Notes under the pieces: model-generated
What the model saw: the letters and a program-made list of their open reading frames with translations, nothing else
Told to the model about the DNA's origin: nothing
Database searches by the model: none
Position numbers and translations under genes: made by a program
DNA from: Fibrobacter succinogenes subsp. succinogenes S85
Lineage (GTDB): Bacteria; Fibrobacterota; Fibrobacteria; Fibrobacterales; Fibrobacteraceae
Length of the DNA stretch: 32,000 nucleotides
Reading direction: 5' to 3'
Assembly: GCF_000146505.1 (NCBI RefSeq)
Contig: NC_017448.1
Span: 3,811,005 to 3,843,004 of the forward strand
In this document: piece after piece, positions 6,443-14,960 of the stretch
Layout: each line of letters starts with the position of its first letter
Numbering within the stretch: the stretch's first letter is position 1

Positions 6443-8191
6443 ATGCTCCTAGAAAAAATCAAGTCCCCTGCCGACGTGAAAGCGTTGGACATCAAGAGTC
6501 TCGAACAGCTTGCCGCCGAAATGCGCACAGCACTCCTTAAAAAGCTTTCTAAGCGTGGCGGTCACGTGGCGCCGAACCTCGGATTTGTAGAAGGGACGAT
6601 TGCGCTCCACTACGTTTTCGATTCTCCGAGGGACAAGATTGTCTATGACGTGAGCCACCAGAGCTACAGCCACAAGATGCTCACGGGTCGTGCCCAGGCA
6701 TTCTTGGAAGAATCGCATTATGGCGATGTGACGGGCTATAGCGAACCGACCGAAAGTGAACACGATTTTTTCATGGTGGGGCATACCTCTACGTCGGTGA
6801 GCCTTGCGCTTGGCCTTGCAACTGCGCGCGATGTGTTGCGTGAATCGGGCAATGTGATTGCTGTAATTGGTGACGGTTCCTTGAGCGGTGGCGAAGCGTT
6901 TGAAGGTCTTGATAATGCTGGCGAATACGCTACGAATTTTATCGTTGTGGTGAACGATAACGAAATGTCCATTGCCGAAAACCACGGTGGTCTTTACAAG
7001 TCTTTGGCGGAACTCCGCACGACTGCGGGCAAGTCCGAAAACAATTACTTTAAGTCGCTTGGCTTTGATTACAAGTATCTTGAACAAGGTAATGATATCG
7101 CTTCGCTCATTGAAATTTTCAAGTCCGTGAAAAATTCGACGCGCCCGGTCGTGGTGCATCTGCATACGCAAAAAGGCCGTGGCTATTCCTATGCCGAACA
7201 GAACCGCGAAGGCTGGCATTGGGCGGCTCCGTTCAATATCGAAACTAGCGAAATCAACTGGGGTAGTGGCGAAAATTACGGTGAAATTCTCGGCCTTTAC
7301 CTCATGGCAAAAATCAAGAGTGATCCGAAGGTTGTCGTGATCCATTCTGCTGTTCCGGCGGGAATAGGCTTCTATGAAGCTCGACGTAAAGAGGCTGGCA
7401 AGCAGTACATAGATGTGGGTATCGCTGAAGAACATGCGGTGGCTCTTGCATCCGGGCTTGCAAAGGGTGGCGCTAAGCCGATTTATAGTACGCATGGAAC
7501 ATTCATCCAGCGTACGTACGACCAGCTTTCGCAAGACTTGTGCGCGAACAATAATCCCGCTACGATTCTCGTGACGATGTCTGGTGCCGATGGCATGAAC
7601 GATACGACGCACCTCTGCATCTTTGATATCCCGATGCTTTCGAACATCCCGAATTTGGTTTATCTTTGCCCGACATGCGTCGAAGAATTCAAGACGATGG
7701 CGGACTGGGCGATTGACCAGACGGAACATCCGGTGGCGATTCGCGTGCCGAACGCTGTACATCACCGCAGCGATATTTTCGAGAAGGATTACTCCAGACT
7801 CAACAAGTTTAAGGTCGTGCATCGTGGCGAGCGTGTGGCATTGATCGGTCTTGGCGATTTCTACCAGCGGGCCGCAGCTGTGGCGCTTGAACTGCGTCGC
7901 GAAGGCATTGATGCAACGCTTGTGAATCCGCGTTATGCAAGCGGTGTGGATAAGGACTTGCTTTTGGAACTTGCAAAGACTCACGATGTGTTTGTCACGC
8001 TCGAAAATGGCGTGATCGAGGGTGGTTTTGGTCAAAAAGTTGCGACAGCTCTTGGTGATACTTGCGCGAAGGTGCTTGTGCGCGGGCTTTCCAAGGAGTT
8101 CTACGACAAGGTGAGCTTTGCGGATCTCTGTGAGAAAAATCACTTGAATCCATCGCAGGTCGCAAAAGACGTGATGCAGCTCCTATCGTAA
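6443..8191 (+). CDS. dxs: 1-deoxy-D-xylulose-5-phosphate synthase family TPP enzyme (divergent)
   Basis: Start chosen at MLLEKIKSPADVKAL..., a DXS-like N-terminus. Motifs present are GGHVAPNLG, DVSHQSYSHKMLTGR, the TPP motif GDGSLSGGEAFEGLDNAG...VNDNEMSI, and DVGIAEEHAV. The usual DRAG(L/I)VG-DG-THxG block is replaced by SGADGMNDTTHLC. Confidence 0.8.
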   Translation: MLLEKIKSPADVKALDIKSLEQLAAEMRTALLKKLSKRGGHVAPNLGFVEGTIALHYVFDSPRDKIVYDVSHQSYSHKMLTGRAQAFLEESHYGDVTGYSEPTESEHDFFMVGHTSTSVSLALGLATARDVLRESGNVIAVIGDGSLSGGEAFEGLDNAGEYATNFIVVVNDNEMSIAENHGGLYKSLAELRTTAGKSENNYFKSLGFDYKYLEQGNDIASLIEIFKSVKNSTRPVVVHLHTQKGRGYSYAEQNREGWHWAAPFNIETSEINWGSGENYGEILGLYLMAKIKSDPKVVVIHSAVPAGIGFYEARRKEAGKQYIDVGIAEEHAVALASGLAKGGAKPIYSTHGTFIQRTYDQLSQDLCANNNPATILVTMSGADGMNDTTHLCIFDIPMLSNIPNLVYLCPTCVEEFKTMADWAIDQTEHPVAIRVPNAVHHRSDIFEKDYSRLNKFKVVHRGERVALIGLGDFYQRAAAVALELRREGIDATLVNPRYASGVDKDLLLELAKTHDVFVTLENGVIEGGFGQKVATALGDTCAKVLVRGLSKEFYDKVSFADLCEKNHLNPSQVAKDVMQLLS

Positions 8192-8227
8192 TGACCGAGC
8201 GTCGCTAATTTTAGTATTATGTAGCTC

Positions 8228-9391
8228 ATGAAAAAAGTTAAAATAATCGTCATGATTATTCCGCTGGTGCTTTTCTTTATTGCATCGGCGGTTTATGTGT
8301 ATTTTGCGAATGCCGAAGCGATGCACGATGTGATATTGGATAGCACGTCAAAAATTGATGTGGATCCCGATATTATTGAAAAGTCCCTGTCTAAAGTGCA
8401 AGTGGACATGGAACTCGGCGAGCCTTTTAAAGTTTACCCGATTGAAACGAGCCCCGATAGCGAGGTAGTTTTCCGCTCGACGTTGATTGAGTATCCGTTT
8501 GGGAGTTCTCCGCGTGCGGATTCGCAGAATAACGTGAGCTTGCGTGGTATCATCTTGTACGTGCATGGCTACAACGACTATTATTTCCAGAAGGAACTTG
8601 CCGAAAAGGCGGACTCTGCGGGCTTTGCATTCTTTGCGATTGATTTGCACTATTGCGGACGCTCGTATGTGGATGGTGACCCGCGTGGTGACATGCGTAA
8701 TATCAAGGAGTTTTACGCCGAACTTGATGTCGCTGTAGAACTCAGCAAAAAAATTGCAGTGGACGATTACGAAGAGGCGGAACGCGTTCCGTTTGTGATT
8801 GTGGCGCATTCCCAGGGTGGTTTGATTTCGTCGCTTTACGTGAATGACCGCAATGATGAACATTTTGCAGCGCTTGTGCTCAATAGCCCGTTCTTGGATA
8901 TGAACTTTAATTGGTTCCTGCGTAAGATCGGCCTTCCGATTCTTGCGGATTTGTCGATATTCCTGCCGGATTTTTCCGTCGGTTCTACGGGAAATCCCAA
9001 CTATGCCTACTCCCTTTTGAAACATGAAAAGGGCGAATGGGAGTACAACGAAAATTTGAAGAGTGAATCGCGCCCGACGCAATATTTAGGCTGGCTCCGT
9101 GCGATTATGAATGGTCAAAAGCGTGTTCACTCCAAGCTTGATATTAAGTCTCCGGTGCTTGTGATGAATAGCGATTGCACTGCAGATGGCGACGAATGGA
9201 CGGACGATTACATGCATTGCGATGGCGTATTGAACGTGGAACATATTCAGGAATGGGCTCCGAATTTGGGCGAAAAGGTGACGACGCGTACAATTCCCGA
9301 TGGCTTGCACGACTTGTTCCTCTCTCGCAAGGATGTTCGCGATAAGGCTTACCAAGAAGCGTTTAGCTTTATCGATGCCCATGTGAAATAA
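8228..9391 (+). CDS. Membrane-anchored alpha/beta hydrolase (lysophospholipase / monoacylglycerol-lipase-like)
   Basis: N-terminal TM segment (IIVMIIPLVLFFIASAVYVYF). HGYNDY oxyanion region, nucleophile elbow AHSQGG, and C-terminal DGLHDLF (catalytic His context). Confidence 0.8.
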   Translation: MKKVKIIVMIIPLVLFFIASAVYVYFANAEAMHDVILDSTSKIDVDPDIIEKSLSKVQVDMELGEPFKVYPIETSPDSEVVFRSTLIEYPFGSSPRADSQNNVSLRGIILYVHGYNDYYFQKELAEKADSAGFAFFAIDLHYCGRSYVDGDPRGDMRNIKEFYAELDVAVELSKKIAVDDYEEAERVPFVIVAHSQGGLISSLYVNDRNDEHFAALVLNSPFLDMNFNWFLRKIGLPILADLSIFLPDFSVGSTGNPNYAYSLLKHEKGEWEYNENLKSESRPTQYLGWLRAIMNGQKRVHSKLDIKSPVLVMNSDCTADGDEWTDDYMHCDGVLNVEHIQEWAPNLGEKVTTRTIPDGLHDLFLSRKDVRDKAYQEAFSFIDAHVK

Positions 9392-9427
9392 GTTATCTTT
9401 TACTTTGTATTTTTAAGGAGTTTTTAA

Positions 9428-9868
9428 ATGAATAAGTTATTGGCTATTTCTTTCTGTGCAATGTTACTTACGACGGCTTGCAATTCTTCTGAAGAACCGA
9501 AGCCGCAGGCTGTTGCTAAAAAGGTCGAGGCAGTTCAGCCCGCCGCAGCTGTTGTTGAACAGAAAGTAGCTCCGATTACGACTGTGGATTGGCAGAAGGC
9601 TTTTGAAATGCATAAGGCTGGTGCAGTCCTTATTGACGTGCGTACTCCGGCCGAAGTGGCAAAGGGTATGGCCGCTGCAACTGCAATCAACATTCCGCTT
9701 CAGGAAATGCCGCAGCGCTTGAGCGAATTCCCGAAGGATAAGGACTTGCTGATTTACTGCCGCAGTGGCAAGCGTAGCATGGCCGCTTCCAAGTTCCTCG
9801 TTGAAAACGGTTACACCCGTGTGTTCAACGTCGAAGGTGGCATCCTCGCTCTCCCGCCGCAGAATTAA
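9428..9868 (+). CDS. Rhodanese-domain lipoprotein (sulfurtransferase-like)
   Basis: AGGAG ribosome-binding site. Lipobox LTTAC. Active-site loop CRSGKRS, with the typical ...NVEGGI ending. Confidence 0.85.
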   Translation: MNKLLAISFCAMLLTTACNSSEEPKPQAVAKKVEAVQPAAAVVEQKVAPITTVDWQKAFEMHKAGAVLIDVRTPAEVAKGMAAATAINIPLQEMPQRLSEFPKDKDLLIYCRSGKRSMAASKFLVENGYTRVFNVEGGILALPPQN

Positions 9869-9877
9869 TTTTTTTGA

Positions 9878-11143
9878 ATGACTCCAGAAATCACAAACTT
9901 CATGCAGTTTGCCTTAGAGCAAGCTTTCTTTGCGATTGGCGAGAGCCGCCCGAATCCGGCGGTCGGTGCCGTAGTCGTCAAAGATGGAATTGTCGTGGGG
10001 AAGGGGCGCACGCAGCGTCCTGGGAGTGCTCATGCCGAAGTCATGGCATTACGCGATGCGGGAGAACTCGCTCGCGGAGCCTCTATTTTTGTGACTCTGG
10101 AACCGTGTTGCCATTACGGTCGCACGCCGCCTTGCACCAAGGCGATTATTGAAGCGGGAATTCAGAAAGTCTATTTTGCACATTCCGACCCGAATCCTGT
10201 GGTGCATGGGAAATCTCGCAAGATTCTTGAAGAGGCGGGTGTTGAAGTTCACGAGGGCGTGGACGCTTGCATTCTCGCTTGCGTCGAGGATTGCTCGAAC
10301 GGTGAATCTTGTACGGAATGCCGCGTCTTTGAGTTTACGAGCTCGTTGCCGTTGGATAAAGCTTCTCGTGAAGCCGAAGGTCTAGCGGTCTTTGCCGAAG
10401 TGGAACGCTATTTTGAAGCGTATGATTATTTTGTAAGCACCAAGCGCACCTTTGTGGAAGTCAAGTCTGCTGTTTCTCAGGATGGCTTTATGGGCTGCGT
10501 GGATAAGGCGGGGAACCATTTGCCGCTAGCAATTACAAAACAAGGCGCAAACTGTTGGAATCATGAACTCCGTGCGATGAGTGATGCTGTTCTTGTTGGT
10601 GCGGGCACGCTCCTTGCCGATAACCCGGGCCTTGACGTGCGTTATGCCGCAGGCAACAATCCTGTGAAAATCGTCTGGGCGGGGCATCACGAATTTACTG
10701 CTGATGAAATTTCGCGTTTGAAAATTTTCAGTGCTAGTGATGCTAAGCCTATCGTGTTTTCGTGCGTGGCGCAACCGAAATTGCTGAACGTTGCGGAGTG
10801 CGTTATACTCTTAAACGATTCTTTTGCCGAAAACTGGCGTGCGATGGTTGATGATTTGTCTGCTCGTGGAATGCACCGCCTGATGGTTGAACCCGGCGCT
10901 GGCCTTGCCCGTGAACTGTTCAATGGCGCGGCAGTCGCGCAGTCGCAAAATGCGCAGCCTTTATGGAACCGCCTTGATCTTTGGCGCTCCACCGATTCTT
11001 CTGTTGATATTGCCCTTGAAAATCTCATCGAGTCTGGCGCCGTCAAGGCTGGCCTTGAATACCCCGAATTGCCCGCTAACATCGTTGCCAAAGAATCCGC
11101 CGTCATCGGCCCCGATGTCTTGACCGTGTATTATCCGGGGTAG
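9878..11143 (+). CDS. ribD: Bifunctional riboflavin biosynthesis deaminase/reductase RibD, with an extra Cys-rich insert
   Basis: CMP/dCMP-type Zn deaminase motifs HAEVMAL and PCCHYGRTPPC. Reductase-domain entry VEVKSAVSQDG. 421 aa against the usual approx. 365. Confidence 0.9.
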   Translation: MTPEITNFMQFALEQAFFAIGESRPNPAVGAVVVKDGIVVGKGRTQRPGSAHAEVMALRDAGELARGASIFVTLEPCCHYGRTPPCTKAIIEAGIQKVYFAHSDPNPVVHGKSRKILEEAGVEVHEGVDACILACVEDCSNGESCTECRVFEFTSSLPLDKASREAEGLAVFAEVERYFEAYDYFVSTKRTFVEVKSAVSQDGFMGCVDKAGNHLPLAITKQGANCWNHELRAMSDAVLVGAGTLLADNPGLDVRYAAGNNPVKIVWAGHHEFTADEISRLKIFSASDAKPIVFSCVAQPKLLNVAECVILLNDSFAENWRAMVDDLSARGMHRLMVEPGAGLARELFNGAAVAQSQNAQPLWNRLDLWRSTDSSVDIALENLIESGAVKAGLEYPELPANIVAKESAVIGPDVLTVYYPG

Positions 11144-11146
11144 TGT

Positions 11147-12055
11147 ATGAAGTTTCTCGCAGCCCTAATTTTATTCCTTGTGGCTTGCGCATTTTCTGAT
11201 AATACGCAATACGAATGGACTGATGAAAATGGCTGTTCGTATTGCCTTTATGGACGTATAGAAAATGGGAAATGCGTGCATCCCGCAAAGGAAAGTTGGG
11301 GTGGTTATTCTTCCTTTTTTTATTTATTGAAAACTAGAAAAATAGAAAATAATTTTTTCGTGGTTGATTATCCTTTCAGCCCGAAGTTCCATGTCTATTG
11401 TGAAAATGAAGCCGATTATTGCAAGACGATAAACGATTCTATGGCTAAAAAGTTGATGCCGTCTTTGAAGGATCGAAAATCCTTGTGTAATGAACAACGT
11501 AAAAAGACTGAAAATACGGGCATGTTTTACGATATGCCTATACCTCGTGAAGATGTAGAGTTCCGCTGCGATTTTGTGAAGTTTAATAATAAAAAATCAT
11601 TCCTTGAAGTTTTGGATACTGGAATTTGCCCAGTTCGTGCGAATGCAGGCTTAATGGGGAGCCAGCGTACAAAGACTTTTTTATGGGGTAATTTTAATGT
11701 GGTAAAGAGAAAGGGTGAGTTTTGGATAGATGATGATCAACTCTTTCTTCAATCAACTGATCGTCAACAGCGTCAAATAAAAAAATTTGTTGTTAGGAAA
11801 GCCTTTTTTACCCTCGGCGAATGTTCCCTTTCAAATTGCGAAATTCTGAATTATGTCGGAGAACAACTTCAGGATTTCGATATCAAATGCAACTTTATTA
11901 AAAAGAAGGATAACGAGGGGAATGTGACAGTCCTTGCAGAGGGCGTTTGCCCCATAGAAATCTTGGATAAGGACGGCAAAAAGCAGGTATATCGAGTACG
12001 CTCCGTTAAAGACGGTGACTCCTATAAACTGATAATGACCAATAAGCAAAAATAA
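11147..12055 (+). CDS. Cys-rich lipoprotein of unknown function with an internal duplication; AT-rich insert inside the rib operon
   Basis: Lipobox LVACAF. Starts 3 nt after the ribD stop. Two similar modules: FRCDFVKFNNKK...DTGICPV and FDIKCNFIKKKD...AEGVCPI. Confidence 0.65.
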   Translation: MKFLAALILFLVACAFSDNTQYEWTDENGCSYCLYGRIENGKCVHPAKESWGGYSSFFYLLKTRKIENNFFVVDYPFSPKFHVYCENEADYCKTINDSMAKKLMPSLKDRKSLCNEQRKKTENTGMFYDMPIPREDVEFRCDFVKFNNKKSFLEVLDTGICPVRANAGLMGSQRTKTFLWGNFNVVKRKGEFWIDDDQLFLQSTDRQQRQIKKFVVRKAFFTLGECSLSNCEILNYVGEQLQDFDIKCNFIKKKDNEGNVTVLAEGVCPIEILDKDGKKQVYRVRSVKDGDSYKLIMTNKQK

Positions 12056-12110
12056 TCCGCCTTTTACCCCTATCAATAACCTGCACTTTCCTTCCTACTG
12101 TCTACTTTTC

Positions 12111-12138
12111 TATATGGCACTCCTTTGGAGTGCATATA
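12111..12138 (+). other. Near-perfect 12-bp hairpin (one bulged G, loop TTT) between the inserted lipoprotein gene and ribE
   Basis: TATATGGCACTCC-TTT-GGAGTGCATATA. It is followed by a second 10-bp hairpin at 12154-12176 and a T5 run at 12189-12193. Confidence 0.4.
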
Positions 12139-12209
12139 GTGCGGCTCGGCCATGCCAACGCAATACTTGTGTTGGCGCGGCGCTCGCCTTTTTCTATATT
12201 TGCCCGCGT

Positions 12210-12809
12210 ATGTTTACGGGTATAATTCAAGCAACCGGCGAAATCATTTCCCTCGAAAATAGGGGAGACGCGCTTACCATGCGCATGAAGTCGCCGGGAT
12301 TCTTCAAAAACAGCAAACTGGGCGACAGCATTGCCAATAACGGCGTGTGCCTCTCCGTTGAAAACTGTACCGATGACGAAGCAACGTTCTGTCTCATGCA
12401 CCAGACCGTCGTGAATACGTCCTTCCAGCAGGCAAAAGTCGGGGATCTCGTGAATCTCGAGTATCCTTGTCGCGCCGATAGCTTTATGGGCGGTCACTTT
12501 GTGATGGGGCATGTGGACTGCACTACCGAAGTCTTGCGCGTTACTCCGCGCGAAACGGGCGTGGAAGTCGATTTGGCTCTGCCAGCTGACTTGCGTCGCT
12601 ATGTCATCCGTCGTGGATCCATCACCTTAAACGGTATTAGCCTTACGGTGGCCGAAAAAGGGGAGGATTACATCCGCGTCTGCATTATCCCCGAGACCTT
12701 AGCCCGCACGAATCTCAGGAACTGGGTGCCTGGCACCGTGGTGAATGTGGAAGTCGATATGCTCGGCAAATATATTGAAAACTATCTAAAGGAACGTGAC
12801 CTTGCTTAA
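12210..12809 (+). CDS. ribE: Riboflavin synthase (alpha chain)
   Basis: Canonical N-terminus [12 protein letters not shown] at ATG 12210; the ORF-track start at 12114 is an unlikely extension. Duplicated lumazine-binding halves ([13 protein letters not shown] / [12 protein letters not shown]). Confidence 0.9.
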   Translation: MFTGIIQATGEIISLENRGDALTMRMKSPGFFKNSKLGDSIANNGVCLSVENCTDDEATFCLMHQTVVNTSFQQAKVGDLVNLEYPCRADSFMGGHFVMGHVDCTTEVLRVTPRETGVEVDLALPADLRRYVIRRGSITLNGISLTVAEKGEDYIRVCIIPETLARTNLRNWVPGTVVNVEVDMLGKYIENYLKERDLA

Positions 12810-14043
12810 TACGATTGAAGAGGCCATTGAAGATTTCAAGAACGGTAAGTTCTTGGTCGTGGTTGATGACGAAGACCGTGAAAATGAGGGCGATTTCATT
12901 ATCGCCGCCGAAAAGATTACACCGGAAAAGGTGAACTTCATGCTCCACGAGGGGCGTGGCGTGCTTTGCTGCCCGCTTCCGATTTCTCGCTGCCGCGAAT
13001 TGAATCTCACGCGTCAGACTGCCGAAAACACTTCCATGCTCGGCACTCCGTTCACTGTCATGGTCGATAAGCTCGAAGGATGCACCACGGGTGTTTCTGC
13101 CCACGACCGTGCCGCAACGATCCAGGCTCTCGCCGATCCGAATTCCAAGCCCTCTGACTTTGGCCGTCCGGGTCACATTTCTCCGCTTTACGCCCAGGAA
13201 GAAGGCGTTTTGCGCCGTGCAGGCCACACCGAAGCCGCTGTGGACCTCGCCAAGCTCGCTGGTCTCCGCCCGGCTGCCGCCCTCATCGAAATCATGAACG
13301 AAGACGGTACGATGGCTCGTATGCCGCAGCTCCAGGAAGTCGCCAAGAAGTTCGACCTCAAGATTATCTCCATCCGCGACTTGATTGACTACCGCCTGAA
13401 AACGGAAAAGCTTGTGCAGCGCGTGGCCGCTCCGCACGTTTCGACCAAGTACGGCGATTTCACGGCTTATGCCTACCGCAGCAAGACCGATGGCGTCGAA
13501 CATGTGGCCTGGGTTGCCGGTAATCCGGACTTCAGTAAGCCGGTTTATGTGCGTGTCCACAGCGAATGCCTCACGGGCGATATCTTTGGTAGCCTCCGTT
13601 GCGATTGCGGGGACCAGCTTGCCGCAGCCATGAAGTTCATTGGCGAACATGGCGGCGTGTTCCTCTACATGCGCGGTCAGGAAGGCCGTGGCATTGGTCT
13701 TTGCAACAAGCTCCGCGCGTACGAATTGCAAGAAAAGGGTATGGACACGGTCGAGGCGAACCTCCACCTTGGGTTCAAGTCCGACTTGCGTCAGTACGGT
13801 ACGGGCGCCCAGATTTTGGCAGACCTCGGCGTGAAGGAAATGCGACTCCTCACGAACAATCCGAGCAAGATTTCTGGCATTTCCGCTTACGGTCTCAAGA
13901 TTGTGGAACGCGTGCCTATCGAAATCAAGCCCAACAACATCAACCGTTTTTACCTGCGCACCAAGAAAGAAAAGATGGGCCACGAGCTCCATCTCGACAA
14001 TGCAGATCATGGCGCAGCCGAAGTTTTAGATGAAGGAAAATAA
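12796..14043 (+). CDS. ribBA: Bifunctional 3,4-dihydroxy-2-butanone-4-phosphate synthase / GTP cyclohydrolase II
   Basis: [14 protein letters not shown] (DHBP synthase), and [18 protein letters not shown] plus [11 protein letters not shown] (GTP cyclohydrolase II). The GTG start overlaps the ribE end by 14 nt; TTG at 12802 is an alternative start. Confidence 0.92.
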   Translation: MTLLNTIEEAIEDFKNGKFLVVVDDEDRENEGDFIIAAEKITPEKVNFMLHEGRGVLCCPLPISRCRELNLTRQTAENTSMLGTPFTVMVDKLEGCTTGVSAHDRAATIQALADPNSKPSDFGRPGHISPLYAQEEGVLRRAGHTEAAVDLAKLAGLRPAAALIEIMNEDGTMARMPQLQEVAKKFDLKIISIRDLIDYRLKTEKLVQRVAAPHVSTKYGDFTAYAYRSKTDGVEHVAWVAGNPDFSKPVYVRVHSECLTGDIFGSLRCDCGDQLAAAMKFIGEHGGVFLYMRGQEGRGIGLCNKLRAYELQEKGMDTVEANLHLGFKSDLRQYGTGAQILADLGVKEMRLLTNNPSKISGISAYGLKIVERVPIEIKPNNINRFYLRTKKEKMGHELHLDNADHGAAEVLDEGK

Positions 14044-14044
14044 G

Positions 14045-14512
14045 ATGAAAGAATTCAAAAATTCCCTCAATGGTTCTGGTTTGAAGGTCGCGATTGCTGT
14101 CGCCCGCTTCAATGAAGTAGTGACTGACCGCCTCCTTGAAGGCGCTGTCCGCGAACTTGAAACGCTCGGCGTCGATAGCGATGATATCGCTGTGGCTCAT
14201 GTGCCGGGTGCATTTGAATTGCCGGGCCTCTGCCGCAGATTTGTGGATTCTGGCGATTACGATGCCGTGATTGCTCTCGGTGCCGTTATCCGTGGCGAAA
14301 CGGGTCACTACGACGTGGTCGTGAACAACTCTACGGGCGGAATCGCATCGCTCGCTGCCGAAGGCAAGGTTCCGGTGATTCTCGGAATCTTGACGACCGA
14401 CACGGTTGACCAGGCGATGAACCGCGCAGGCCTCAAGGCTGGAAACCTCGGCTGCAACTGGGCAAGAACTGCCGTTGAAATGGTAAATCTTTACAAGCAG
14501 ATTGGGAAATAA
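14045..14512 (+). CDS. ribH: 6,7-dimethyl-8-ribityllumazine synthase
   Basis: LKVAIAVARFNE..., HVPGAFELP and GAVIRGETGHYD motifs. ATG 14045 lies 1 nt after the ribBA stop and is preferred over the track start at 14030. Confidence 0.92.
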   Translation: MKEFKNSLNGSGLKVAIAVARFNEVVTDRLLEGAVRELETLGVDSDDIAVAHVPGAFELPGLCRRFVDSGDYDAVIALGAVIRGETGHYDVVVNNSTGGIASLAAEGKVPVILGILTTDTVDQAMNRAGLKAGNLGCNWARTAVEMVNLYKQIGK

Positions 14513-14514
14513 TT

Positions 14515-14955
14515 ATGGCACAAGTAAGTTTTAGACCTGCTCGCGTCTTTGCGATGCAGTTGCTTTACGCAATGGAAATTTCTGGCGGTACGGTCGCTGA
14601 TGCACTCCCGGGTGTTCTGGAAGCCCAGCCGCTCCAGGACAACATGAAAAAGTACGGCATGAAGCTTGTCGACTTGGTCCTTGCTCACAAGGCCGAACTC
14701 GATTCCGAAATTGAAGCCTGCTCCGCTCATTGGGGAATTGAGCGCATGGCGACTCTCGACAGGATTGTGCTGCGCATCGCGATGGTCGAACTTTTGTATG
14801 TTCCTGAAATCCCGATGAAGGTGGTCATCTCTGAAGCTGTTCAGGTGGCTGCTAAGTTCAGCACGGATTCTTCGGGTACGTTCGTGAACGGACTCCTCGC
14901 CGGATTCTTGCAGAAGCGTGGCATGGTTGCAAACAATACTAAGAAGGATGCTTAA
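14515..14955 (+). CDS. nusB: Transcription antitermination factor NusB
   Basis: RVFAMQLLYAMEISG and ...ISEAVQVAAKFSTDSSGTFVNGLL motifs. The ribH-nusB order is classical synteny. Confidence 0.9.
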   Translation: MAQVSFRPARVFAMQLLYAMEISGGTVADALPGVLEAQPLQDNMKKYGMKLVDLVLAHKAELDSEIEACSAHWGIERMATLDRIVLRIAMVELLYVPEIPMKVVISEAVQVAAKFSTDSSGTFVNGLLAGFLQKRGMVANNTKKDA

Positions 14956-14960
14956 TTTTT

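Noticed and set aside
6449-8143. 564-aa ORF on the - strand, antisense to the dxs-like gene
   Set aside because: It mirrors a + strand gene that has strong family motifs. Its translation is R/H/K-rich with no recognisable motifs, which is typical of a shadow ORF in GC-richer coding DNA.
9392-9427. FMN (RFN) riboswitch expected upstream of the rib genes
   Set aside because: I looked upstream of the rhodanese gene, ribD (only a 9-nt gap) and ribE. None of the conserved RFN strings I remember are present, so I do not call a riboswitch. A covariance-model scan is needed for certainty.
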